A DNA stretch of 32,000 nt from Thermodesulfobacterium commune DSM 2178 (GTDB lineage: Bacteria; Desulfobacterota; Thermodesulfobacteria; Thermodesulfobacteriales; Thermodesulfobacteriaceae): NCBI RefSeq assembly GCF_000734015.1, contig NZ_CP008796.1, positions 660,001 to 692,000 on the forward strand, given 5' to 3'. Position 1 is the first letter of the stretch; the number at the start of each line of letters is the position of its first letter. A program made the position numbers and the translations under genes. A model generated the notes under the pieces. That model did not search any database. It worked only from the letters and a program-made list of their open reading frames with translations, and was not told the DNA's origin. Below, one piece after another: positions 21,114-29,753 of this stretch.

Positions 21114-21623
21114 ATGATGGAATTTAATTTTACGTTTAAAGGTCTTGATCCTTCAGAGGCTATCAAACAGTATGCTGAAAAAAAGATTAGCAAGTTTGAA
21201 AAATATTTTGAAGGACCTGTAAACGTACAGATAGTTTTTAAGAGAGAAAAATTTAGAGAAATCGTAGAAATAGTACTTAAAGGAGATGGAGAGGTATTGG
21301 TGGTAAAGGAAGAAACTTCAGATATCTATGAAGCCATAGACCTTGCTTATGAAACTTTAGAAAAACAGGTGAAAAAATTAAAGGAAAAAAGAAAAGAGTT
21401 TAGAAAAGGAAGGACTGTTGAAATCTCAGGAGAAGCCTCAGTTTCTAACTATGAAATCAAAAAAGTTGAAATTAACCATCTTTCTACCGCAGAAGCTATA
21501 AATTGGTTTAAGAAAAACCATGAAGAAGATTTTTTTGTTTTTTACAACACTGATTATGATAAAATATGTGTTCTTTATTTAAAGGATGATAAACCAGTGG
21601 TTCTTGTACCAGAATTTGCTTAA
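21114..21623 (+). CDS. hpf: Ribosome hibernation-promoting factor (long HPF)
   Basis: N-terminus FTFKGLDPSEAIKQYAEKKISKFEKYF (S30AE/RaiA fold) plus a C-terminal dimerisation extension. RBS aaggaggg. Confidence 0.85.
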   Translation: MMEFNFTFKGLDPSEAIKQYAEKKISKFEKYFEGPVNVQIVFKREKFREIVEIVLKGDGEVLVVKEETSDIYEAIDLAYETLEKQVKKLKEKRKEFRKGRTVEISGEASVSNYEIKKVEINHLSTAEAINWFKKNHEEDFFVFYNTDYDKICVLYLKDDKPVVLVPEFA

Positions 21624-21625
21624 AG

Positions 21626-22498
21626 ATGCCTAATTTAATCATCATAACTGGCACCTCAGGTTCTGGGAAAAGCACAGCTTTAAAGGCTTTTGAGGATTTA
21701 GGCTACCTTGCTATAGACAACTTTCCTACCCGACTTTTAATTTCCTTTTTAAAGGAAGTTAAGGAAAGCCTGTCTACAGACAAGGTAGCCTTAGTAATGG
21801 ACCTAAGAGATAGATACTTTTTGCCTGAGTTTAAAACCGTACTTCCTCAGATACACAAGCTAGGTTATTTTTGGGAGCTCATCTTTCTTGATGCAAGAAC
21901 TGACGTTATCATTTCAAGGTTTAACCTCACAAGAAGATTGCATCCTCTTTTAAGAGAAAAAGAAGTTGGTTTAGAAGAGGTTATAGAGAGGGAAAAGGAA
22001 CTTTTAGCAGACATCAGAGAACTTGCTACTCTCTTTATAGACACCTCTAACTACAACGTCCATCAACTAAGAAATGAAATTTTTACAAGATATCAGACAA
22101 GAACTGACCTGAAAAATTTAGTCTTACATTTTATCTCTTTTGGATATAAATATGGAATACCTCCTGAAGCAGACTATGTCTTTGATGCAAGAATCCTTCC
22201 TAACCCTTATTTTAACCCAGAATTAAAACCTCTTAACGGAGAGAACCCTCTTATTAAACAATATTTACTAAACTACGATATAACCAAAACATTTTTAAAC
22301 TTTCTAACTGAGTTTTTAAATTGGTTAATACCTGTTTATGCCAAAAGCAACAAACGATATCTTACTTTAGCCATAGGATGTACTGGGGGTAGACATCGTT
22401 CAGTTGCTCTAATCGAATTTTTAGTAGAAAATTTAAAGAAATCTTTGTTTGAAGTAGAGTTTATAGTGTCTCATAGAGATATTAAAAAAGATGTTTAA
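21626..22498 (+). CDS. rapZ: RNase adapter protein RapZ (YhbJ family P-loop)
   Basis: ITGTSGSGKSTALKAFEDLGY Walker A and C-terminal GCTGGRHRSVA motif. Confidence 0.9.
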   Translation: MPNLIIITGTSGSGKSTALKAFEDLGYLAIDNFPTRLLISFLKEVKESLSTDKVALVMDLRDRYFLPEFKTVLPQIHKLGYFWELIFLDARTDVIISRFNLTRRLHPLLREKEVGLEEVIEREKELLADIRELATLFIDTSNYNVHQLRNEIFTRYQTRTDLKNLVLHFISFGYKYGIPPEADYVFDARILPNPYFNPELKPLNGENPLIKQYLLNYDITKTFLNFLTEFLNWLIPVYAKSNKRYLTLAIGCTGGRHRSVALIEFLVENLKKSLFEVEFIVSHRDIKKDV

Positions 22499-22928
22499 AA
22501 TCGAAGTTTTGGACCAAGAAAAAGACCTTGAGTTTATAGCCCTTACTGAAAAGGAATTGTTTAAAGATGAGTCGTGGGACTATACAAGACTTTTATCTGA
22601 GTTTAAGAATTCTTTTTCTCAGATATGGGTCTTAACCAAAGAAAAGGAAAAACTCGGCTATCTTGTGTTTAGGATAATCTTAGACGAAGCAGAACTATTA
22701 AGGATTGGGATAAAAAAAGAACATCAAAACAAAGGGTTAGGAACTTATTTTTTAAAGGAATTTTTAAATCATCTTAAACAGCAAGGGGTGAAAAAAGTAC
22801 ATTTAGAACTAAAAATAGACAACCATCCTGCACTTAAGTTATACCAAAAAATGGGGTTTCAAAAAGTATACGTTAGACCAAATTACTATCGAAATAGCGA
22901 TGCTTTAGTTATGACAAAAGACCTTTAA
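22491..22928 (+). CDS. rimI: GNAT acetyltransferase, RimI-like
   Basis: 145 aa with the acetyl-CoA motif HQNKGLGTYFL. Size and layout match ribosomal-protein-alanine acetyltransferase; the substrate is not provable. Confidence 0.65.
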   Translation: MFKIEVLDQEKDLEFIALTEKELFKDESWDYTRLLSEFKNSFSQIWVLTKEKEKLGYLVFRIILDEAELLRIGIKKEHQNKGLGTYFLKEFLNHLKQQGVKKVHLELKIDNHPALKLYQKMGFQKVYVRPNYYRNSDALVMTKDL

Positions 22929-22931
22929 ACA

Positions 22932-24887
22932 ATGATAGAAAAGTTCACTTCTAAAGCCTTATTAGCTAATTTAGCCTACACTTTTGTAGAAAACGTAGAG
23001 TACGACCCTAAGTATAATGTTTTCCCAGAAATTTATGCTAAGTTTCCAGCTCTTAGGCAACAAATAGAAACACTTTTAAAAGAGGCCTTCCATCCTTATA
23101 AAAATAATTTTCTTGTTTTAGAAGAACTTAGAAGTTACTTTTTAAAGAACCTTTCGATTTTACTTAAACATCCCTACAGAAACAGGGCTTACTGGTTAAT
23201 TTTTGACCTTTTATTTAAGTTTTTTGGAAAAGACCAAGAAACTAACATCAAAACCGCAGAGACTATTTTTTCTATACTTGATAAAACAGCTGACCTAATC
23301 GACCAAGAAACTTTTTACGAGCTAATCCCTGTTTTAAAAGAAATTTTAAAGGCCATAACCAACCTTCCAGAAGAATATTTTTTGAATTTTTTAGAAAATT
23401 ACTATTCTTTTAAACGTTTAGTTCAAAAGTTAAGCAAACTTTCTTTTTCTCGGGAACTTGAGTTGGTTTACATAGACCTTCTCAAAAAAACTTATATTTC
23501 GACCTATACTTTTTGGGGAAAATTAGCTAAAACCTGTGAAGCTAACCTTATTCAAAACACCTCAAGTATAAGGCTTAAAGAAGACTTTTTGACCTCAAAC
23601 TATTTTGAAAGTCTCATTAATTCTTTAATTGAAAAACCTGTGACTTTGTCTAATCTTTTATCTCTTCCCGATCATTTAGATTTACTTAAAAAATTAAAAG
23701 ATTTTATTTCTTCTATCAATCAACTGAACCATTACAATTTTTCTGACGAGCTAAAAATCAATTTTCTTTTTGATTTAATAAAGGCCCCTATTCTCAAACT
23801 TATCCATGAAGAATTGATCAAAGAAGTAAACCGTAACTTAATCTTAATGATTAACTCTAAACCTTACCAAAACTTAGACGAATTTATCAGAAAGTTTTTT
23901 GATATCCTAAAAGAAAAGCTCAACCTTTACCCACGTACTGCTCTTGAATGTATTAAAAACATAGGGATTTGTATTTTAAACAAAAAAGAGGTTTACCTTA
24001 TAGAGGTATTGATAAATGAAATCATAAAGTTTGGATTTCAACCTCCGCAGATCAAAGGTATTGGTTTAAATTGGAAGATTATCCAAAACCCACACCATCT
24101 CCTTAACATAAAAACTTGGCTTGAGATTTTTAAGGTCAATCCTGAATGGTGTAGCAGTCTTTTGGCTGCTATGATCTTAAACCTAAGACTATATGGAATT
24201 TCTATCAAAGATACAGACCTTTTCCAAAAGGAGATTACTCAGCTACTTAACGCTCCTATCAAACCAGTGTACAACCTTACCAAACAGTTTTGTAAACTAC
24301 TACCTGTTTATTACAACGAAATCGGAGCAGAAGGTCTTATAAGAGACCTCTCAACAGAATTAGATGAACTTTTTAACAGACAAGATTCTTTAATCCATTT
24401 TTTAAGAAAGTTTATACACATCGAAAACTCAAGCTTAGCAGTTGAATTTATAAAAGATATTCTTAAATACTGGTTTACCCTGGAAGATAGACATATTCTC
24501 AAATATTTACCTGAAGTACTTCATAACAAGTTAAAAAATGAAGAAATTGAAATTCATATCAAAATGCAAAGTTTGTTTCAGGCTGTTTTTCAAAAAGCAA
24601 ATTTAAAAAATTTTGAGGACTTTTTAAACTTAGAGCTTTCTTCTTTAAAAAAAATCCTTAACGACATAGATTTCGAAGAAATATATAAAAAAGAAACTCT
24701 ATCTTACGGTTTCTTTGTACCATTTAGAATGTCAAAAGTATTTTGGAGTTTTAAAAGACATAAACCTTTTGTTAATCCAATACGACGAAAAGGAATATCC
24801 ATTTATAGCAGAACTAAAGGACCTTCTTCAAAAAGAACCTCAGGACTTATATGTGATTTTAGAAAAGATCTTAGACTGGATGTCTGA
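22932..24887 (+). CDS. Large helical protein of unknown function; probably the N-terminal part of a frameshifted fusion with the next ORF
   Basis: 651-aa ORF, Leu/Lys/Glu/Phe-rich and helical-looking, with no motif I recognise. The last ~55 aa (RMSKVFWSFKRHKPFVNPIRRKG...) switch to Arg/Ser/Pro-rich out-of-frame-like composition, while frame 1 looks native from about 24670. Confidence 0.6.
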   Translation: MIEKFTSKALLANLAYTFVENVEYDPKYNVFPEIYAKFPALRQQIETLLKEAFHPYKNNFLVLEELRSYFLKNLSILLKHPYRNRAYWLIFDLLFKFFGKDQETNIKTAETIFSILDKTADLIDQETFYELIPVLKEILKAITNLPEEYFLNFLENYYSFKRLVQKLSKLSFSRELELVYIDLLKKTYISTYTFWGKLAKTCEANLIQNTSSIRLKEDFLTSNYFESLINSLIEKPVTLSNLLSLPDHLDLLKKLKDFISSINQLNHYNFSDELKINFLFDLIKAPILKLIHEELIKEVNRNLILMINSKPYQNLDEFIRKFFDILKEKLNLYPRTALECIKNIGICILNKKEVYLIEVLINEIIKFGFQPPQIKGIGLNWKIIQNPHHLLNIKTWLEIFKVNPEWCSSLLAAMILNLRLYGISIKDTDLFQKEITQLLNAPIKPVYNLTKQFCKLLPVYYNEIGAEGLIRDLSTELDELFNRQDSLIHFLRKFIHIENSSLAVEFIKDILKYWFTLEDRHILKYLPEVLHNKLKNEEIEIHIKMQSLFQAVFQKANLKNFEDFLNLELSSLKKILNDIDFEEIYKKETLSYGFFVPFRMSKVFWSFKRHKPFVNPIRRKGISIYSRTKGPSSKRTSGLICDFRKDLRLDV

Positions 24888-27099
24888 GCTTAAAGAGATT
24901 ATTTTGTCTAAGCAAACCTATCCTCCTATAGAAGAGATTCTTCAAAAAAGACACGTAGCTGCTGACATTCCTTCTATGTATGGGAGGTATAAAGAGAAAA
25001 AATTTGATGCCTTAGGACTCACCTTTCGTCTGGAATATCTTGCCAATCTTTTATTTGAAAAGCTTATAGAAAAGTTTGACCTTCAGTTTATCACAAGAGC
25101 CTCTTTTTTTAAAATCCTGAAAATATTAAAGCTTTTTAAAAAGGCTTTAGAGATCGATGGAATTTTTTCTCAAAAATTTGAATCTTCGTTAAATCTTCTC
25201 GAATATTCTTTGAAAAGTTATCCCCTAACCTACAGTCAATATTTAGATATTTTTCGTGGATTATTAGACGGTGTTCAACACATAGTAAAAGTTTACTATG
25301 TAAACCCTTTCCTCAAGGTCTTTCCTTTGGTATTTCAAACTCTAAATGAAGACGAAATTTTAGAAAAGTACAAGAAATGTTTGTGTGGTTTAGAAAAAGA
25401 GCAACGTTATTTTTGTATAAGTGAGGTGGTAATAAAAGACCTTATAGGAGAGGCTTTTAGTCTAACCCATCTAGACCGTTTTCTTAAAAAAATCTACGAT
25501 ATCCTTTCTTCTTATTTAGAAAAGATAGCTAAAGAGGACCTGAATTTATTAATGAGCTACGACCCAAGAAGAATTCTCTCTTCTCTACATAAACCTAATA
25601 ATTTAGTAACAGATTTGATTTACCTCGGTAACAAAGGATACATTCTTACGATATTAGCTCAAGAACAAAAGATAAAAAACAAAATCCCACCAGGTTTTAT
25701 TTTAACTACAGAAGTGTTTAGATGTTACCCTCTTATAAAAAAATATCCTGAATTATGGCTTGATTATACTGAAAAAATTGAACAAAATATCAAGATGTTA
25801 GAAGATATTTCTCAGAAAGTTTTTGGAGGTAAAGAAAATCCTCTGGTAGTAAGTATAAGAAGTGGAGCGGCCCTCTCTATGCCTGGGATGATGAATTCTA
25901 TCCTGAACGTAGGTTTAAATCTTGAGACAGTAGAGGGGTTGGCAAGGGCTTCTGGGAATACTTGGTTTGCTTGGGATACCTATCGCAGGTTTATTCAAAG
26001 CTGGGCTATGGCCTTTGGTGTCCCTCGAGATTTTTTTAACCATCTTATGCGAGAGCATAAACGAAAATACAAAGTAAAGAAAAAAAGAGAGTTTAGCGGT
26101 GAACAAATGCAAGAACTTGCGCTGCTCTACAGGAAAAGTATTCAAGAATTGGGAATTCCAGTCATCGATGATCCTTGGGAACAGCTTTTTAAAGGGATTG
26201 AATTAATTTTAACCTCTTGGTTTAATGAAAAAGCTAAGTCTTATAGAGAAATAATGCAGCTTTCTGATGAGTGGGGAACGGCTGTAATCATCCAACAGAT
26301 GGTTTTTGGAAACATAGGAGATCACACAGGTACAGGGGTAACACTTACTACCTCCCCTGTAGGCAAGTTTCCAAGAATTATTCTCTGGGGAGATTATACC
26401 TCCTATAATCAAGGAGAAGACATCGTATCAGGTTTGGTCAACGCCTACCCAATTTCTATAGAACAAAAGAAAATAGAAGAACGAGAAGGACCTTGTTTAC
26501 AAGAAGCCTTTCCAGATGTATATAAAGCTTTACTTGATTTAGCCTATTATCTAGTCTATGAAAAAGGATGGGGACATCAAGAAATCGAGTTTACTTTTGA
26601 AGGAAATGACCCAGATTCTCTTTATATTTTACAAGTAAGAGATATAATTCTTAGAGAAGAAAGGGATATTCCTTTCTTCTCTAAAGAATTGCTAAAAAAT
26701 TTAGAGTATATCGGGAAAGGAATAGGAGTTACAGGAGGTTTAATCTCAGGAAGGATAGTGTTTGGTTGGGAAGATATCATAACCATGGATACAGGAGATC
26801 CTTTGGTGTTAGTAAGATATGATACCGTACCGGACAACATTAAAGAAATTCATAAAGTAGATGGAATCCTTACGGCAAGAGGAGGGCAAACCTCTCATGC
26901 TGCTATCGTAGCCTCAAGATTAGGTAAAATCTGTGTAGTTGGTTGTGAGAATTTAAGCATAGATGAAATAAAGAAAGAAGCAAAAATTAATGGCCACAAA
27001 CTTAGATTAGGAGAATGGATCACGTTAAACGGGATAACAGGTCAAGTTTTTAAAGGAAAGATTGACCTTTTAACCAAAGCCTCTAAATATAATCTATAA
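24715..27099 (+). CDS. PPDK-like ATP-grasp + phosphohistidine swivel protein lacking the PEP/pyruvate TIM-barrel domain
   Basis: From about 25600: GNKGYIL, IPPGFILTTE, NPLVVSIRSGAALSMPGMMNSILNVGLN, WGTAVIIQQMVFGN, QGEDIVSG and GILTARGGQTSHAAIVASRLGKICVVGC (His codon 26896-26898) are collinear with pyruvate phosphate dikinase. The ORF stops where the PEP/pyruvate domain would begin. TTG start from the track; alternatives are the ATG at 24880 or read-through from 22932. Confidence 0.8.
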   Translation: MYHLECQKYFGVLKDINLLLIQYDEKEYPFIAELKDLLQKEPQDLYVILEKILDWMSELKEIILSKQTYPPIEEILQKRHVAADIPSMYGRYKEKKFDALGLTFRLEYLANLLFEKLIEKFDLQFITRASFFKILKILKLFKKALEIDGIFSQKFESSLNLLEYSLKSYPLTYSQYLDIFRGLLDGVQHIVKVYYVNPFLKVFPLVFQTLNEDEILEKYKKCLCGLEKEQRYFCISEVVIKDLIGEAFSLTHLDRFLKKIYDILSSYLEKIAKEDLNLLMSYDPRRILSSLHKPNNLVTDLIYLGNKGYILTILAQEQKIKNKIPPGFILTTEVFRCYPLIKKYPELWLDYTEKIEQNIKMLEDISQKVFGGKENPLVVSIRSGAALSMPGMMNSILNVGLNLETVEGLARASGNTWFAWDTYRRFIQSWAMAFGVPRDFFNHLMREHKRKYKVKKKREFSGEQMQELALLYRKSIQELGIPVIDDPWEQLFKGIELILTSWFNEKAKSYREIMQLSDEWGTAVIIQQMVFGNIGDHTGTGVTLTTSPVGKFPRIILWGDYTSYNQGEDIVSGLVNAYPISIEQKKIEEREGPCLQEAFPDVYKALLDLAYYLVYEKGWGHQEIEFTFEGNDPDSLYILQVRDIILREERDIPFFSKELLKNLEYIGKGIGVTGGLISGRIVFGWEDIITMDTGDPLVLVRYDTVPDNIKEIHKVDGILTARGGQTSHAAIVASRLGKICVVGCENLSIDEIKKEAKINGHKLRLGEWITLNGITGQVFKGKIDLLTKASKYNL

Positions 27100-27111
27100 A
27101 AGGAGGGTACC

Positions 27112-28335
27112 ATGAAATTAGGAATAAATGGATTAGGAAGAATTGGAAAACTTACTTTGTGGCATCACATAGCAAGAAAATATTTTGACGAAATTGTAGT
27201 CAACGTAGGTAGGGAAGTGGGAACTTCTTTCGCTGATATAGCAAGCTACATAGAGAAAGACAGCACCTATGGATGGCTCCCTGTTTATCTTTATGGGCAC
27301 AAAGGTAAAAGAGTGATTGAAAATTTGGACGAAAAAGAAGGAACGATGTATATAGATGGTATTAAGGTAAAAGTCTTGAGAACTAGTAGGAATCCGAAAA
27401 ACATAAACTGGAGAGAAGAAGGGGTAAAACTGGTGGTTGATTGTACTGGAAAGTTTAGAGACCCAAATACAGACCCGGAGGATTCTAAAGGTTCAATCAG
27501 GGGACATTTTTTAGGAGGAGCCGAAAAAGTAATTCTTTCAGCACCTTTTAAAATTAAAGATAAAGAAAAAGGTATTCCAGAAGACGCAATCACTATAGTT
27601 TATGGAATAAACGAAGAGGTTTATCAACCTAACAAACATAACCTTATTTCAGCTGCTTCCTGCACCACTACTTGTTTAGCTTATATGATTAAACCTCTTT
27701 TGGACTATTTTGGGGTAGATAGAATACTTTCTGCCTCGATGGTGACAGTTCATGCTGCTACAAGTTCTCAGGTAGTACTTGACCGTTTACCTAAGGAAGG
27801 GGCAAAAGATCTAAGAAGGATGAGAAGTATCTTTAATAATATCATCCTTACCACTACAGGGGCTGCAGAAGCTCTTAGTTTAGTCATACCTGAAATGAAA
27901 AAAGTAGGTTTTATGGCAGAAAGTGTAAGAGTTCCGTTAAACACCGGAAGCTTGATCATCCTGACGGTTAACATCCAAGATGAAAGCATAGAAAATCACA
28001 TAGATAGAGAACTTATCAACAACATTTATAAAGAAGCAGCCAATACTAAATACAAAGACTTTTTGATTTTCACCACAGAACAAAACGTCTCTTCTGACAT
28101 CATAGGATATCCTAAAGCAGCCGCAATAATTGAAGGAAGTGAAACCCATACCAGAACTGCAACTGCCAAGGTAGACATCTGTAAAGCCCTTCCGGAAGGA
28201 AATAGCATGACATGCACTCATGTAGAGATACCCATTACCCAAGTGGTGATTTACGGTTGGTATGATAACGAGCTCGGTTCTTACACCAACATGTTAGGAG
28301 AACTCACAGTTTACATAGCTGAAAAAATGATTTAA
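27112..28335 (+). CDS. Atypical long glyceraldehyde-3-phosphate dehydrogenase-family protein
   Basis: KLGINGLGRIGKL Rossmann start, catalytic SAASCTTTCLA (Cys codon 27661-27663), TVHAATSSQ (His), DLRRMRS and TTGAAEAL. At 407 aa it is roughly 70 aa longer than canonical Gap because of insertions. RBS aaaggaggg lies 12 nt after the upstream stop. Confidence 0.8.
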   Translation: MKLGINGLGRIGKLTLWHHIARKYFDEIVVNVGREVGTSFADIASYIEKDSTYGWLPVYLYGHKGKRVIENLDEKEGTMYIDGIKVKVLRTSRNPKNINWREEGVKLVVDCTGKFRDPNTDPEDSKGSIRGHFLGGAEKVILSAPFKIKDKEKGIPEDAITIVYGINEEVYQPNKHNLISAASCTTTCLAYMIKPLLDYFGVDRILSASMVTVHAATSSQVVLDRLPKEGAKDLRRMRSIFNNIILTTTGAAEALSLVIPEMKKVGFMAESVRVPLNTGSLIILTVNIQDESIENHIDRELINNIYKEAANTKYKDFLIFTTEQNVSSDIIGYPKAAAIIEGSETHTRTATAKVDICKALPEGNSMTCTHVEIPITQVVIYGWYDNELGSYTNMLGELTVYIAEKMI

Positions 28336-28351
28336 GTATGGTTAGGCAACT

Positions 28352-28780
28352 ATGATTAGAAGAAAAGGTAGAGAAATAGCCTTACAGATTTTATACCAGA
28401 AAGAACTTTCTAATGTGTCTATAGATGAAGCTATCACTCTTTATAAAAAGTTTCTTAATATAAACAGTCCTGAAGCTTTAAAGTTTGGAGAAGAACTAGT
28501 AAGAGGTATCTATGAAAACTTAGAGTTTATAGATTCTATCATAAGAAAATATACCCCTTCTTGGCCTTTAGAAAGGATAAACGTTACAGACAAAAATATA
28601 TTGAGAATAGCGGTATATGAAATGTTTTTTAGACCTGATATCCCTGAAGTGGTTTCTATCAATGAAGCGATAGAAATAGCTAAGATTTATGGTACCGATG
28701 ATTCGCCAAGTTTTATAAACGGGGTTTTAGACAGTATTTATAAAAAGGAAATAAAGGCGCATAAAAATGAAAAAACCTAA
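28352..28780 (+). CDS. nusB: Transcription antitermination factor NusB
   Basis: RRKGREIALQILYQ..., NILRIAVYEM and NGVLD are collinear with NusB. Confidence 0.9.
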   Translation: MIRRKGREIALQILYQKELSNVSIDEAITLYKKFLNINSPEALKFGEELVRGIYENLEFIDSIIRKYTPSWPLERINVTDKNILRIAVYEMFFRPDIPEVVSINEAIEIAKIYGTDDSPSFINGVLDSIYKKEIKAHKNEKT

Positions 28781-29447
28781 GATAATAACCATAGACGGAC
28801 CTGCAGCCTCTGGGAAAACCACCATAGCTAAGCTTTTGGCTAAATCCCTTGGATATTGTTTGTTAGAATCAGGGGCTTTTTATAGGTTGGTTACCTACCT
28901 TCTTTTAAAACACAATCTTTACGAAAAATTTATCCAAAAAAACTTAAACCTTATAGAAACATTAAGCAAGCTTTTTTCTTCGGTGAAGATAAACCTTACG
29001 GCTGAGGCAACACAAATTTTTTACGAAGGAAGGGAAATAAAATCTGAACTCAGAGAAATCCAAGTAGAGGAAAGAGTTTCTGTAGTAGCTTCTATACCAG
29101 AAGTAAGAGAATTTATCAACGATTTTTTAAGAAAGTTGGTGGACAACCGTTTAGTAGTAGCAGAAGGGCGTGATATGGGAAGTGTGGTTTTTAAAGATGC
29201 TGAGGTTAAAGTTTTTCTTACAGCTGATGAAAGGATTAGGGCTGAAAGAAGATTTCAAGAGAAAACCGAAAAAGAAAGTCTACCTTATACCCAAGTGATG
29301 GATAGTTTAAAAAAAAGAGACCAGCTTGACAGCACAAGAAAGGTAGCGCCTTTAACTGTTCCTGAAGGAGCTTTAATTTTAGACACCTCTCACTTAACAC
29401 CTGAGGAGGTATTAACCAAAATTTTAAATTACTTAGAAAAAATATGA
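28767..29447 (+). CDS. cmk: Cytidylate kinase
   Basis: ITIDGPAASGKTTIAKLLA P-loop, GRDMGSVVF and RAERR. Confidence 0.9.
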   Translation: MKKPKIITIDGPAASGKTTIAKLLAKSLGYCLLESGAFYRLVTYLLLKHNLYEKFIQKNLNLIETLSKLFSSVKINLTAEATQIFYEGREIKSELREIQVEERVSVVASIPEVREFINDFLRKLVDNRLVVAEGRDMGSVVFKDAEVKVFLTADERIRAERRFQEKTEKESLPYTQVMDSLKKRDQLDSTRKVAPLTVPEGALILDTSHLTPEEVLTKILNYLEKI

Positions 29448-29752
29448 AAAAAAATTTTTTGAGTATAGAGGAGTTTATAAAAAAAGAAAAGGAAAAAGCT
29501 CGTAAACTTAGACAAACAAGATGGTGGAGAAGACAGTTAGAAAGAGGTATATGTTATTATTGCGGAAGAAGAGTAGGCGCTAAAAATCTTACGATGGACC
29601 ATAAAATTCCTCTTTCAAGAGGGGGAACTTCGGACAGAGTCAATATAGTTCCTTGTTGTAAGGATTGTAACAATAAAAAAAAGTATCTTTTACCTTGGGA
29701 ATGGGACGAGTACATAAAAAGTCTCAAATCTAAAAAGGTAGACGGAGAATGA
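29444..29752 (+). CDS. Small HNH endonuclease-domain protein
   Basis: CYYCGRRV...LTMDHKIPLSRGG...VPCCKDCNNKK (a complete HNH zinc finger) after a basic N-terminal helix. ATGA overlap with cmk; stop lies 1 nt before the glmS ATG. Confidence 0.8.
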   Translation: MKKNFLSIEEFIKKEKEKARKLRQTRWWRRQLERGICYYCGRRVGAKNLTMDHKIPLSRGGTSDRVNIVPCCKDCNNKKKYLLPWEWDEYIKSLKSKKVDGE

Positions 29753-29753
29753 T

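Noticed and set aside
24670-24716. Possibility that the frame change in the giant ORF is a programmed +1 ribosomal frameshift
   Set aside because: No in-frame stop or rare codon sits at the candidate slip sites, no upstream SD-like stimulator of the prfB type is present, and I could see no obvious downstream structure. A homopolymer indel (error or mutation) or a two-gene arrangement is simpler.
27291-28242. Four antisense ORFs (27291-27593, 27768-27989, 27937-28242, 28026-28217) inside the GAPDH-like gene
   Set aside because: They are fully nested in a gene with strong family motifs on the opposite strand and overlap each other. Their composition is Ser/Leu/Phe-rich shadow type and they have no RBS. 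They look like typical antisense shadows.
29444-29753. Looked for a glmS ribozyme or other leader upstream of glmS, given rapZ in the same window
   Set aside because: glmS starts 1 nt after the HNH gene stop, and the upstream sequence is clearly coding. No ribozyme core-like sequence was noticed.
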